Of a DNA stretch of 64,000 nucleotides, positions 48,820 through 57,162 are shown in pieces. The position numbers and the translations under genes are program-made. Where the stretch lies: the NCBI GenBank assembly GCA_910585195.1, contig CAJUCX010000001.1, forward strand, positions 233,609 to 297,608. The letters are read 5' to 3'. Below the pieces are notes generated by a model that saw nothing but the letters and a program-made list of their open reading frames with translations, had not been told where the DNA came from and did not search any database. Numbering within the stretch: position 1 is the first letter of the stretch; every line of letters starts with the position of its first letter. The stretch comes from an uncultured Christensenellaceae bacterium (GTDB lineage: Bacteria; Bacillota; Clostridia; Christensenellales; CAG-314).

Positions 48820-49257
48820 TTAAAACGGCAAATCGTCTTCTTCAATCGGCTCCAAGGTGTCGATTGCGGGTTTTTTGGTTGCGGGTTTTGCCGGACGCTG
48901 TTGAGGTGCCGGTTCGCCGAAATCATCTCCATCCGACGCGTTTGCTTTACCCAAAAACTCTACGTTGTCTGCAACAATCTCGGTAACGTATCTTCTGTTG
49001 CCGTCATTGCCTTCGTAACTTCTGGTTTCTATCCTGCCGACAACTGCGCATTGATTGCCCTTACGCAAAAATCTGTGGCAGTTTGCCGCCGCCGCACGCC
49101 AAACAACGATATTCAAAAAATCTGCCTGAGTTTCGCCGTTTTGGTTTTTGAAGGGTCTGTTTATTGCAAGAGTAAATCTGCAAACGTCAACGCCCGAGTT
49201 TGTGGTGGAAAGTTCAGGGTCGGCTGTAAGTCTGCCTATCAAAATGGCTTTGTTCAT
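48820..49257 (-). CDS. ssb: Single-stranded DNA-binding protein
   Basis: 145 aa with an OB-fold N-terminus (MNKAILIGRLTADPEL) and an acidic tip (EEDDLPF). Confidence 0.97.
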   Translation of the reverse strand: MNKAILIGRLTADPELSTTNSGVDVCRFTLAINRPFKNQNGETQADFLNIVVWRAAAANCHRFLRKGNQCAVVGRIETRSYEGNDGNRRYVTEIVADNVEFLGKANASDGDDFGEPAPQQRPAKPATKKPAIDTLEPIEEDDLPF

Positions 49258-49269
49258 AATAACCGCTCC

Positions 49270-49551
49270 TTACTTTTTAACTACCATATGACGCAAGATT
49301 TGGTCATTGATACGAATTTGTCTTTCAACTTCCGCAACCAATTCAGGTTTGCATTCGAAGTTCATCAATACGTAAAAGCCGTCGTTTTTGTAGTTGATTG
49401 GATAAGCAAGTTTTTTTGCGCCCCATTTGTCAACCTTTTCGATTTGGCCTCCGTCGTCCGTAACTATTTGCGAAAGTTTAGATACGATTGCCTCTTTGCC
49501 TTCGTCGCTTACGGCGTTGTCGATGATGAACAACATTTCGTACTTGTTCAT
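49270..49551 (-). CDS. rpsF: 30S ribosomal protein S6
   Basis: 93 aa (MNKYEMLFII..) in the canonical rpsF-ssb-rpsR order. Confidence 0.97.
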   Translation of the reverse strand: MNKYEMLFIIDNAVSDEGKEAIVSKLSQIVTDDGGQIEKVDKWGAKKLAYPINYKNDGFYVLMNFECKPELVAEVERQIRINDQILRHMVVKK

Positions 49552-49709
49552 ATTTTTACCTCCTTTTGGTCTGTCCGTCCCGCAAAAGCGGGCAAGGATG
49601 TTTTTTATAAAACAATAATTTGCCGAATTTTTTATTTACTTAAAAATAAACAAAAAATAACTTGACAAAATTGCTTAAAGATTATAACAGACAAAATTGT
49701 TTTTCGCAA
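49552..49709 (-). promoter_or_regulatory. Candidate rpsF promoter plus a structured 5' leader (possible S6:S18 autoregulatory element)
   Basis: Minus strand reads TTGCGA (49709-49704), 17 nt, TATAAT (49686-49681). The leader contains hairpin CCCGC-UUUU-GCGGG (49592-49579), flanked by CCUU and AAGG, which can pair across the SD. Confidence 0.35.
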
Positions 49710-49805
49710 GCAATTATTTCAAAAACGCATACAAAAATGTACAAATTTTCCGATGCTTACCGGTTTGGACAAAAAATTCAACTTCTTTTGAAAAAGTTGA
49801 AAACT

Positions 49806-49837
49806 ATACAAAAACCGTCGGATTTTCAATCGACGGT
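49806..49837 (-). terminator. Intrinsic terminator after trkH
   Basis: ACCGTCG / CGACGGT stem (49814-49837); on the minus strand it is followed by UUUUUG. Confidence 0.6.
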
Positions 49838-49913
49838 TATGAATGTTAAAAAATTATAACTATTATGGCAATTTATTAAATATGCCTGCACGTTTGTTTC
49901 GGCAAAAGTCAAA

Positions 49914-51356
49914 TCAGCCTCTGCGCCACGTTCTCGGGGCAAACAAAACCACCATAGGGAAGATTTCCAGTCTGCCGACCAGCATTACCAAAGACAGCAA
50001 AACCTTAGAGTACGGCGAATATAACGCATAGTTGCAACTAGGTCCTACGAAATTAAGACCGGGGCCCATATTGCCTATGCACGAAAGCGACGCCGTAAAA
50101 TTAGTGAGAAAGTCGTTTACGTCCAGGCACAGCAGCACCGTGCAGGTTATTACAATCATTATCCACAAAATAAAGTAGGTATGCACGCCGCGCTCTGTCT
50201 CCGAGGTTACCGGTTCTCCCTCCAACTTAATGGTAACGACCGACCCCGGGTGAATCAACCTTTTTATATTTGCCGCAACAGACTTAAACAAAATCATTAC
50301 ACGCGATACTTTCATACCGCCGCCCGTCGAGCCTCCGCAGGCGCCGATAATCATAAGCACCAAAATTACCGACTTTGAAAATGACGGCCACAAATCGAAG
50401 TCCGCGGTAGAAAAACCCGTTGAGGAACCGATGCTTGTAACTTGAAAGAAAGAATAACGCAGTGCTTCACCGAAATTTTCGCTTAGCGAAAAAATATTTA
50501 TTGCGATTGCTAAAGTAGAAACAACCGTCAAGACGACGTAAGTGCGGAATTCTTCACTCTTTAACGCTTTGCCGACGTTGCCCACAAGCACGAGGTAAAA
50601 CAGGTTGAAGTTTATGCCGAACAAAAACATAAAGACGGCTATAACGATTTCTATATATACGCTGTCGAAAGCGGCAATACTTGCATTTTTTGTACTGAAA
50701 CCGCCGGTACCCGCGGTTGCAAATGCGTGCGTAACGCTGTCGAATAGCGACATTCCGCCGCAAAGCAAAAACACCATTTCTACAATGGTCATCAAAATAT
50801 ATATGCCGTAAAGTATCCTTGCGGTGCGTGTCAGTTTGCTTACTAGTTTGCCTACGGAAGGCCCCGGAGACTCTGCGCGGAATATATGTATGACGCCCGA
50901 GTTGTAACCCGGCAATATGGCAAGAACAAACACCAAAACGCCCATACCGCCTATCCAATGAGTAAACGACCGCCAAAACAGCAGACTTTGCGGCAATGCC
51001 TCTATGTCCGAAAGAATCGACGCGCCCGTTGTGGAAAAGCCCGAAACAGTCTCGAACAACGCGTCAATATAATTTGGTATAGCGCCGGAAATTACAAAAG
51101 GCAATGCGCCGGCAAGGGACATAAGCACCCAAACAAACGCAACTATTACAAAACCTTCTTTTGCATAGATAGACCTGTCTTTTATATGCAAAAGCGTAAG
51201 CGGCAAGCCTATCGCGCACAGTACACCGATAGGTATAAGATATGCGGCGTAGGTACTTTCACCGTATGCAATTCCCACCAGCATCGGGCAAATAAGCAAC
51301 GCGGCCTCTATCAAAAGCGTTCTGCCCAATATACTGAAAATCATTTTTATATTCAT
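49914..51356 (-). CDS. trkH: Trk/Ktr-family potassium uptake membrane subunit (TrkH)
   Basis: 480 aa polytopic protein with repeated pore-loop-like segments (SGFSTTGAS, GTGGFST, GSSTGFSTA, GGSTGGGMKV). Confidence 0.9.
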   Translation of the reverse strand: MNIKMIFSILGRTLLIEAALLICPMLVGIAYGESTYAAYLIPIGVLCAIGLPLTLLHIKDRSIYAKEGFVIVAFVWVLMSLAGALPFVISGAIPNYIDALFETVSGFSTTGASILSDIEALPQSLLFWRSFTHWIGGMGVLVFVLAILPGYNSGVIHIFRAESPGPSVGKLVSKLTRTARILYGIYILMTIVEMVFLLCGGMSLFDSVTHAFATAGTGGFSTKNASIAAFDSVYIEIVIAVFMFLFGINFNLFYLVLVGNVGKALKSEEFRTYVVLTVVSTLAIAINIFSLSENFGEALRYSFFQVTSIGSSTGFSTADFDLWPSFSKSVILVLMIIGACGGSTGGGMKVSRVMILFKSVAANIKRLIHPGSVVTIKLEGEPVTSETERGVHTYFILWIMIVITCTVLLCLDVNDFLTNFTASLSCIGNMGPGLNFVGPSCNYALYSPYSKVLLSLVMLVGRLEIFPMVVLFAPRTWRRG

Positions 51357-51359
51357 AAA

Positions 51360-52712
51360 CTATTTAAGTATTTGCGAAAGCTGCGTAATGTGTTTTGCTT
51401 CGGAAATGACAATAACTCTGTCTCCTACGCTCAGTTGGCTTTCGCCTTGCGGCAAAATAAACTGTCCGTTGCGCACGATTCCGCCGATAAGTATATTCTT
51501 TTTTAATTCAAGATTTTTCAGCGGAATGTCCGCCCCCTCGAAACCTTCGAGCACGGCAAACTCCTGCGCTTCCGCCTTGTCGCCTATTCTGTAAAGCGTC
51601 TTTACACCCTCGCCCGCTTTTGCCATATATGCGCGCACAAATCTGACTATGTGGTTTGCAATTACGTAACGAGGCGTTACAACGGTGTCAAGCCCCAAAA
51701 TATTTACCATTTTAAGTATGGACATGCGGTCGATTTTGGTAATTATTTTGTCCACGTTGCTTTGTTTTGCATACAGAGAAATCATTACGTTTTCTTCGTC
51801 TTTGCCTGTAAGCGTAATGCAGGCATCGTTGCCTTTAAGATTCTCCTCGTCAAGCACCGCTTGGTCTGTACCGTCGCCTATAAGTATCGTAGCCCCAGGC
51901 AGCAGAGCGCTCAACTCCGTAGCGCGTTCTTCATCTCTTTCCACTATCTTGACGCTGACGCTTGACTTCAACAATTCCTGCGCGAGATAATAGCCTATTC
52001 TTCCGCCGCCGACTATAAATACTGATTTTGCGCGCGGCTTAAAAATGTTGAGTTTTTTGCAAAACAGTATAAGTTCTTTTTCATCGGCGATGATGTGTAT
52101 GCGGTCTTCATTTTCCAACTTAAAATCGCCGTGAGGTATAATTACCTTATCACCGCGTATTACTACGGCTATAAGGATTTTGTTTTTGTATTCCTGCGCA
52201 ATTTGTTTAAGCGTTTTGCCCATAAGCGGGTTTGTACCGACGATTTCCAGCTCTGCCATTCTGGCTTTGCCGCCGGCAAAATTTTCCACACTGCGCGCCA
52301 AAGGCATTTTAAGCACGCTTGCAATTTCGTGCGCTGTGGCAAGCTCCGGATTGAAAGCATAGTCCAAACCGAGGTCGGCCCTCATATTTTCCATTTCGCG
52401 GAAATATGCAGGGTCGCGTACGCGCGCTATCGTACAGTTTACGCCTATCTTTTTGGCAAGAACGCAACACAAAATATTCATTTCGTCGTGCGAAGTGCAG
52501 GCAATAAGCAAATCCGCCTTTTCCGCACCGGCATCGATAAGCACTTTACGCTCCAAACCGCCGCCGACTATTCCTTTGACGTCGTGATGATTTACGACTT
52601 TGTCGACTGTTGCAAAATCGGCGTCGACGACAACTATGTCGTGCTTTTCCAACGTAAAATTATTAATCAAAGTTTGGCCGACTTTACCGGCGCCGACTAT
52701 GATAATATGCAT
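51360..52712 (-). CDS. trkA: Trk system NAD-binding regulatory subunit TrkA
   Basis: 450 aa with two RCK N-domains (IIIVGAGKVG; VFIVGGGRIG), each followed by a TrkA_C domain. AGGAGG RBS. Confidence 0.92.
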   Translation of the reverse strand: MHIIIVGAGKVGQTLINNFTLEKHDIVVVDADFATVDKVVNHHDVKGIVGGGLERKVLIDAGAEKADLLIACTSHDEMNILCCVLAKKIGVNCTIARVRDPAYFREMENMRADLGLDYAFNPELATAHEIASVLKMPLARSVENFAGGKARMAELEIVGTNPLMGKTLKQIAQEYKNKILIAVVIRGDKVIIPHGDFKLENEDRIHIIADEKELILFCKKLNIFKPRAKSVFIVGGGRIGYYLAQELLKSSVSVKIVERDEERATELSALLPGATILIGDGTDQAVLDEENLKGNDACITLTGKDEENVMISLYAKQSNVDKIITKIDRMSILKMVNILGLDTVVTPRYVIANHIVRFVRAYMAKAGEGVKTLYRIGDKAEAQEFAVLEGFEGADIPLKNLELKKNILIGGIVRNGQFILPQGESQLSVGDRVIVISEAKHITQLSQILK

Positions 52713-52757
52713 TGCGGCCTCCTGTCCGAAAATTTGTTTTTAATCAAAGTATGTTTT

Positions 52758-52786
52758 ATATTAACACTGTTCGGTATTTTTTGCAA
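52758..52786 (-). promoter_or_regulatory. Candidate sigma-A promoter for trkA-trkH
   Basis: Minus strand reads TTGCAA (52786-52781), 17 nt ending in TGT, then TAATAT (52763-52758). Confidence 0.4.
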
Positions 52787-52846
52787 GTACTTACCGAATA
52801 CGACAAACCGAATAATTAAGTCTTGCAAAATTTTGCAAAAATGCCA

Positions 52847-52890
52847 AATTGCCTGTCTCGACCCGTTTTGCGGAACGACGGCAGGCAATT
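52847..52890 (-). terminator. Candidate terminator after the gerAC-like gene
   Basis: AATTGCCTG / CAGGCAATT outer stem with an inner CCGC-AAAA-CGGG hairpin; on the minus strand it is followed by a U-rich tract. Confidence 0.5.
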
Positions 52891-52901
52891 TTCAAACATT
52901 G

Positions 52902-54101
52902 TCAATCTATAATTTTTATTTCCACGCTGAATTGCGTTTTTTGCAGATAGTCGGGATTTTCTTTTTGATAGTCTTTCCATTTATTGCCGTAAGTCTTAAA
53001 CATCTTGTTTGCTATCTCGAAGTAATCGCAGTCGATTTCAACGCATTTTTCTATTGCGGCGTTTACCAGTTCTTTCACCTGTTTTTTGACGTTGTCCTTG
53101 ATATAACCGCTTACTTCGTCAGGCGTCTTAGGCAAATAGTCCATGACGTTGCCGCTGACGTCGGTCTTCATTTTGCGAAGTTTTATCTGTGTGGAAAACT
53201 TTACCGTAGGTTTGCCGTCTTGCATTTTTACGTCCATACCCGCGTCTTTTGAAGCAATACCTATGGAAATTTTGCCTTTAATGTTCAAATCGCCTTCGGC
53301 GTCTTCCACCACGAAATTGTCGTAAGACATATTTTCATCCATCATAATAAAGCCGCGCGTTTCGTCTTTGCTTAAAGTGCCGGTATATTTGCCGTTTTTG
53401 AAGATATTTATCTGTGCGCAATCGTAAACGCCCAAAGTTTTGGTATCGCTTTCGCCCTTATCGCTCTCGGGCACCAATTCTTTTACAAAACGCACTTCGC
53501 TTAAAAACGACGTTTCGGAAGGCATCATTTGCTTTTCTATAAAGTTCTGCAAAAAGTTGCTTATGCTGTTTGTCTTTTGCCCCGACTGCTGTATGATTGA
53601 CTGTAACGCATAGGAAATCATATTGTCAAGCGGCGAAGTAGTTTCGAAAATTTTACGCGCAGTCCCATCGCACATTGCCACCGTTACGCCGTCCTTGAAT
53701 GCGTCGGAAAATACGAAATAACTTAAAACCTGCCGTAAATCCTGCTGTTTCATTCCCTCGCCGAGCAGTATAAAGCCCGTTTGCCCCAGCGACGGGTTTT
53801 TGCCGGACGTTTGGTAAATATCCTGTATGGCAAGCGGTACGGTTTCTCCGCGGCCTACCAAAAGTTTGCTTTGCACCTGCGAGCCGCCTTCTGTGCTTTG
53901 ACCTGGCGATATGACTTCCGCCGTAACTTCAAACACCTCTTCCTGATAATCTATACCTATACCCAGCACTACCGCGCGGTCGGCAAGTTCGCTTTTGACG
54001 TAGCCGCTTACAATCCAAAAGGCAACCGCCACAAGCAAAAAGATAAACGCGTATTTAAGATATTTTTTTGTTACGCTTTTTTTGCCGTTATTTTTTTCCA
54101 T
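52902..54101 (-). CDS. Spore germination protein, Ger(x)C family (GerAC-like)
   Basis: 399 aa with a RAVVLGIGIDY start typical of Ger(x)C. The N-terminal hydrophobic anchor lacks a lipobox Cys. Confidence 0.8.
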   Translation of the reverse strand: MEKNNGKKSVTKKYLKYAFIFLLVAVAFWIVSGYVKSELADRAVVLGIGIDYQEEVFEVTAEVISPGQSTEGGSQVQSKLLVGRGETVPLAIQDIYQTSGKNPSLGQTGFILLGEGMKQQDLRQVLSYFVFSDAFKDGVTVAMCDGTARKIFETTSPLDNMISYALQSIIQQSGQKTNSISNFLQNFIEKQMMPSETSFLSEVRFVKELVPESDKGESDTKTLGVYDCAQINIFKNGKYTGTLSKDETRGFIMMDENMSYDNFVVEDAEGDLNIKGKISIGIASKDAGMDVKMQDGKPTVKFSTQIKLRKMKTDVSGNVMDYLPKTPDEVSGYIKDNVKKQVKELVNAAIEKCVEIDCDYFEIANKMFKTYGNKWKDYQKENPDYLQKTQFSVEIKIID

Positions 54102-55396
54102 AGTCTTTTTACCCTGTTAAATAAACCTTTTTTATCGTCTTGTTTGCCGTTGCTTTCGCAAAGTCGCGCATCCGACGGCGCACCGTCTTTGCACAAACAA
54201 TTTCCGCTGCCTTCTATTTGACCGTTGCCGCGCGTTGCAGCACCTTCCATACGTTGCATACAATCTGCATTTTGATTGCAATCGCAGTCTTCTTGCAAAG
54301 ATTGAGGCTTGCTCTTTTTGTTGGAAAGGTAAGTCAGCAGCGGCAGCAGCAGCGGTATGAGATACTGCACCGAAAAGAAGAAATATTTGCCCACGCCCTG
54401 ACATATGAAGTCGTCGATAAACGTTTCGAGCGGAAGTATCAACGGCATAACAATAAACGCCAGACATATTACGCCGTATATTATCGCATAGCCCTTTTTG
54501 CTTTTTACGTTGAAGATATAACTTATCGACATTGTCGCCGCCCACAAAAACAAAATGCTTTTTATTACTATTGAGCTCAGCCAAATAACGACGAATATCC
54601 AATCCAGTCTGCCGTATGAAGAACTCGTAAGGTTAAAGCCCGATACTTTTGCAAGCGCGCTCGTGCTGTATTGCGCCAGCATACCGAACAGCGACAAAAA
54701 GACGATATCCAGCATAACGGTAAGAATCGCGCCGAACACAAACGCACCCGAGATTTTTATGCCGAACAGTTTGTTTGTGGTAACGCTGCCCATAAGGAAC
54801 ACCAAAAATACACAGTCGCTAAACCAAAAACTTGCGTTGAGCGCGCCCTTTGCCACTACGCCGAAGCCGTCTGCAACGTAAGGTTGCAAATTGCTGAAAT
54901 CGGCGTGTTTGTAAGACAAAAAGAGTATCAGCAAGACAGAGATAAAAATAAAGAAGAAAAATATTTGCGCAAGTCTGCCGACGTTTCGCGCGCCTTTAAG
55001 CACGTTAAAACCTATCACTATAAGCATCGGCACTATAAACGCAATCCAGTTGGTAACTACGCTCAAAGAAGAAAGAACGAGGTCCATAGTGTCGATAAGT
55101 CCGCCCATTATACGCAATATAAAAAACACGGCGTATATGGCAAAGATAATTTTTGCACCTACGGGCGACAGAGTATCCGTCAAAATTTCGTTAAGTTGCT
55201 TGCCTTTGTTTAGCTTTATCGCCCAAAGCACGAAGCACAGACACACGAGGTCTATGACAAACAAAAGCGTCATACTTATCCAACTGTCGCGCCCCGCAAA
55301 CTGTGCCATAAGCCCGGGCAGGGACAAAAACTTACCGCCGGCAATAACCAGCACCATAAGCAAAATTAACTGTGTTTGTTTTATGGAATTGTTCAT
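54071..55396 (-). CDS. Spore germination protein, GerAB-like permease (APC superfamily) with a Cys-rich C-terminal extension
   Basis: 441 aa with about 10 TM helices. C-terminal ~80 aa tail (EDCDCNQNADCMQ..GNCLCKDG..LCES). 31-nt overlap with the GerAC-like gene. Confidence 0.8.
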   Translation of the reverse strand: MNNSIKQTQLILLMVLVIAGGKFLSLPGLMAQFAGRDSWISMTLLFVIDLVCLCFVLWAIKLNKGKQLNEILTDTLSPVGAKIIFAIYAVFFILRIMGGLIDTMDLVLSSLSVVTNWIAFIVPMLIVIGFNVLKGARNVGRLAQIFFFFIFISVLLILFLSYKHADFSNLQPYVADGFGVVAKGALNASFWFSDCVFLVFLMGSVTTNKLFGIKISGAFVFGAILTVMLDIVFLSLFGMLAQYSTSALAKVSGFNLTSSSYGRLDWIFVVIWLSSIVIKSILFLWAATMSISYIFNVKSKKGYAIIYGVICLAFIVMPLILPLETFIDDFICQGVGKYFFFSVQYLIPLLLPLLTYLSNKKSKPQSLQEDCDCNQNADCMQRMEGAATRGNGQIEGSGNCLCKDGAPSDARLCESNGKQDDKKGLFNRVKRLWKKITAKKA

Positions 55397-55405
55397 AATG
55401 CCCCC

Positions 55406-56827
55406 TTAATCTTCTTCCTTACCCCTGACGCTTAATGCAGAGTGTTCTCTAGCCTGTTGCAACTCTTCTATAGGTTTTTTGACGATAGCGTCCATCTTGT
55501 CGCTGGAAATCGACGGCGCGATAGGCGCAAGATACGGCGTGCCGAAGTCTTCCAGAGACACTACGTAGCTTACAACCATCATAGTGCCCAGCAATACGCC
55601 GATAATACCTATTGTGCCGCCGAGTATAGTAAAGGCAAGCCGCAGCAAAGTAAACAACATCGTGTTGTCAGGCATTGCATAAAGCCCTATGCCGGACAAA
55701 GCGCCTATCATAACCGCCGGGGCGGAAAGAAGTCCCGCCTGTACTGCGGCGTCGCCCAAAATAATGGCGCCGACTATACTTAAAGAAAGTCCGGCAATCT
55801 GCGGCATTCTTGCGTTTGCTTCGCGCAAAATGTCAAACAGCAAAATTACCACAAGCATTTCCAAAAGCGGCGGAAACGGTATGCCCTGCACCGACGAAAT
55901 TATCGTTAGCAAAAACTTGCTCGGCAGCATTTGATAGTGAAACAACTGCAACGCCACGTAAATTGCGGGAAGCATTACCGCAAAGACCATCGCTATAAGC
56001 CGCAATATGCGCGCAATGGTAGCCGTTTGCGGCGTGTTGTAATAATAGTCGTCCGGGCTTTGCATATCTTCTATAAAGGTATACGGCAAAGTCAAAACTA
56101 TCGGGCTGCCGTCCACTACGACTGCAACTCTGCCTTCCAAAAGTTTGGACGCCACAACGTCGGGTTTTTCTATACTGCCGACCAACTTAAACAACTTTGT
56201 CCTGTCGGGGTCGAGATATGCAGCGATATAACTGCTGTCAAGCACGCCGTCCATCTTTATTTGTTTTATCTTGCCCACTATTTTTTTGACGGTTTTTTTG
56301 TCCGCCAAATCTTTTATATAGCAAACGGACACAAGCGTGTTGGTTTTGTCGCCTACCGTTACGTTTTGCACCTTAAAATCTGCCGTTTTAAGCCGTTTGC
56401 GCAACAACATTACGTTGGTCTTTACGTTTTCGTTAAAACCTTCGCGCGGGCCCTTGGTAACTCTCGATGTAGGCGGCTCGGCTACGGCGCGGTACTCTAT
56501 ACCTTTTGTATCTACCGCAACCGCTCTTTCGTCGTCCTGAAAAAATATAAGTGTTTTGCCGTCCAAAAACTCTTTTGACGCGTCCTGCAAATTATCTACG
56601 ATAAGACAGTCCGCGCCGAACAGAATTTTCTCCATACAGTTTTCCACCGTAGGCTTTCTGTCAAGACTCAAAATAGGCTTTGCGACAAAGTCGGTAATCT
56701 TGTCGCTTGCGCACATCGTATCCAAGTAAATTACGTCAAGTTGAGAGCCGTAAACTTTGAGAGTACGGTGTTTTAAGTCTGAAAATTCACTGAAATTTTG
56801 TAAAAACTGTTGCTTATTCATACGCAT
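55406..56827 (-). CDS. Spore germination protein, GerAA-like subunit
   Basis: 473 aa with a GerA-family pattern (soluble N-terminal domain and C-terminal TM bundle, ..PQTATIARILRLIA..). The start may instead be the second ATG at 56821. Confidence 0.82.
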   Translation of the reverse strand: MRMNKQQFLQNFSEFSDLKHRTLKVYGSQLDVIYLDTMCASDKITDFVAKPILSLDRKPTVENCMEKILFGADCLIVDNLQDASKEFLDGKTLIFFQDDERAVAVDTKGIEYRAVAEPPTSRVTKGPREGFNENVKTNVMLLRKRLKTADFKVQNVTVGDKTNTLVSVCYIKDLADKKTVKKIVGKIKQIKMDGVLDSSYIAAYLDPDRTKLFKLVGSIEKPDVVASKLLEGRVAVVVDGSPIVLTLPYTFIEDMQSPDDYYYNTPQTATIARILRLIAMVFAVMLPAIYVALQLFHYQMLPSKFLLTIISSVQGIPFPPLLEMLVVILLFDILREANARMPQIAGLSLSIVGAIILGDAAVQAGLLSAPAVMIGALSGIGLYAMPDNTMLFTLLRLAFTILGGTIGIIGVLLGTMMVVSYVVSLEDFGTPYLAPIAPSISSDKMDAIVKKPIEELQQAREHSALSVRGKEED

Positions 56828-57162
56828 AGTGTGTGGAATTGCAAAAAAATAATTCTTTCGTTTTCAGTGCGTTTTTTAATTCTTGACAAAACAAGTTTTG
56901 GCGCGATATTTATTTACCGCTTTCTTGCGGTATTTTCCCATCCGCTTTTTAATTTGTCTTAAAAAATTTACATAGTTTTTATGTCTTTTACTTTTATATA
57001 ACCGTTCTCCCTTTCGACTGTTTTCCGTTATCTCGCATACTTTTATATTTAATCCGTTGTTTTGTCCGTTTTTATATACGGTTTTTGCTTAAAACGCCCT
57101 TTTGCTTGCCCAAAACCGCCTGAATAATGTATAATTTATTCAATACATTTACGGAGTAAACA

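Noticed and set aside
49662-49859. 65-aa plus-strand ORF between rpsF and trkH
   Set aside because: It lies over the rpsF promoter/leader and the trkH terminator, has no RBS and is Lys/Gln-rich low-complexity sequence.
52713-52901. c-di-AMP (ydaO) riboswitch upstream of trkA
   Set aside because: The predicted 5' UTR is only about 45 nt and the conserved ydaO cores (ACGGGGA/CCCGAA-type pseudo-symmetric elements) are not present.
56828-57162. ZTP (pfl) or THF riboswitch upstream of fhs
   Set aside because: There is no GGGUCGUGAC..CCGCCUGGGC-type core. The best promoter (-10 TATAAT at 57130-57135) leaves only a ~25-nt leader. The region is AT-rich with scattered CCGTT pentamers, which I could not turn into a convincing motif.
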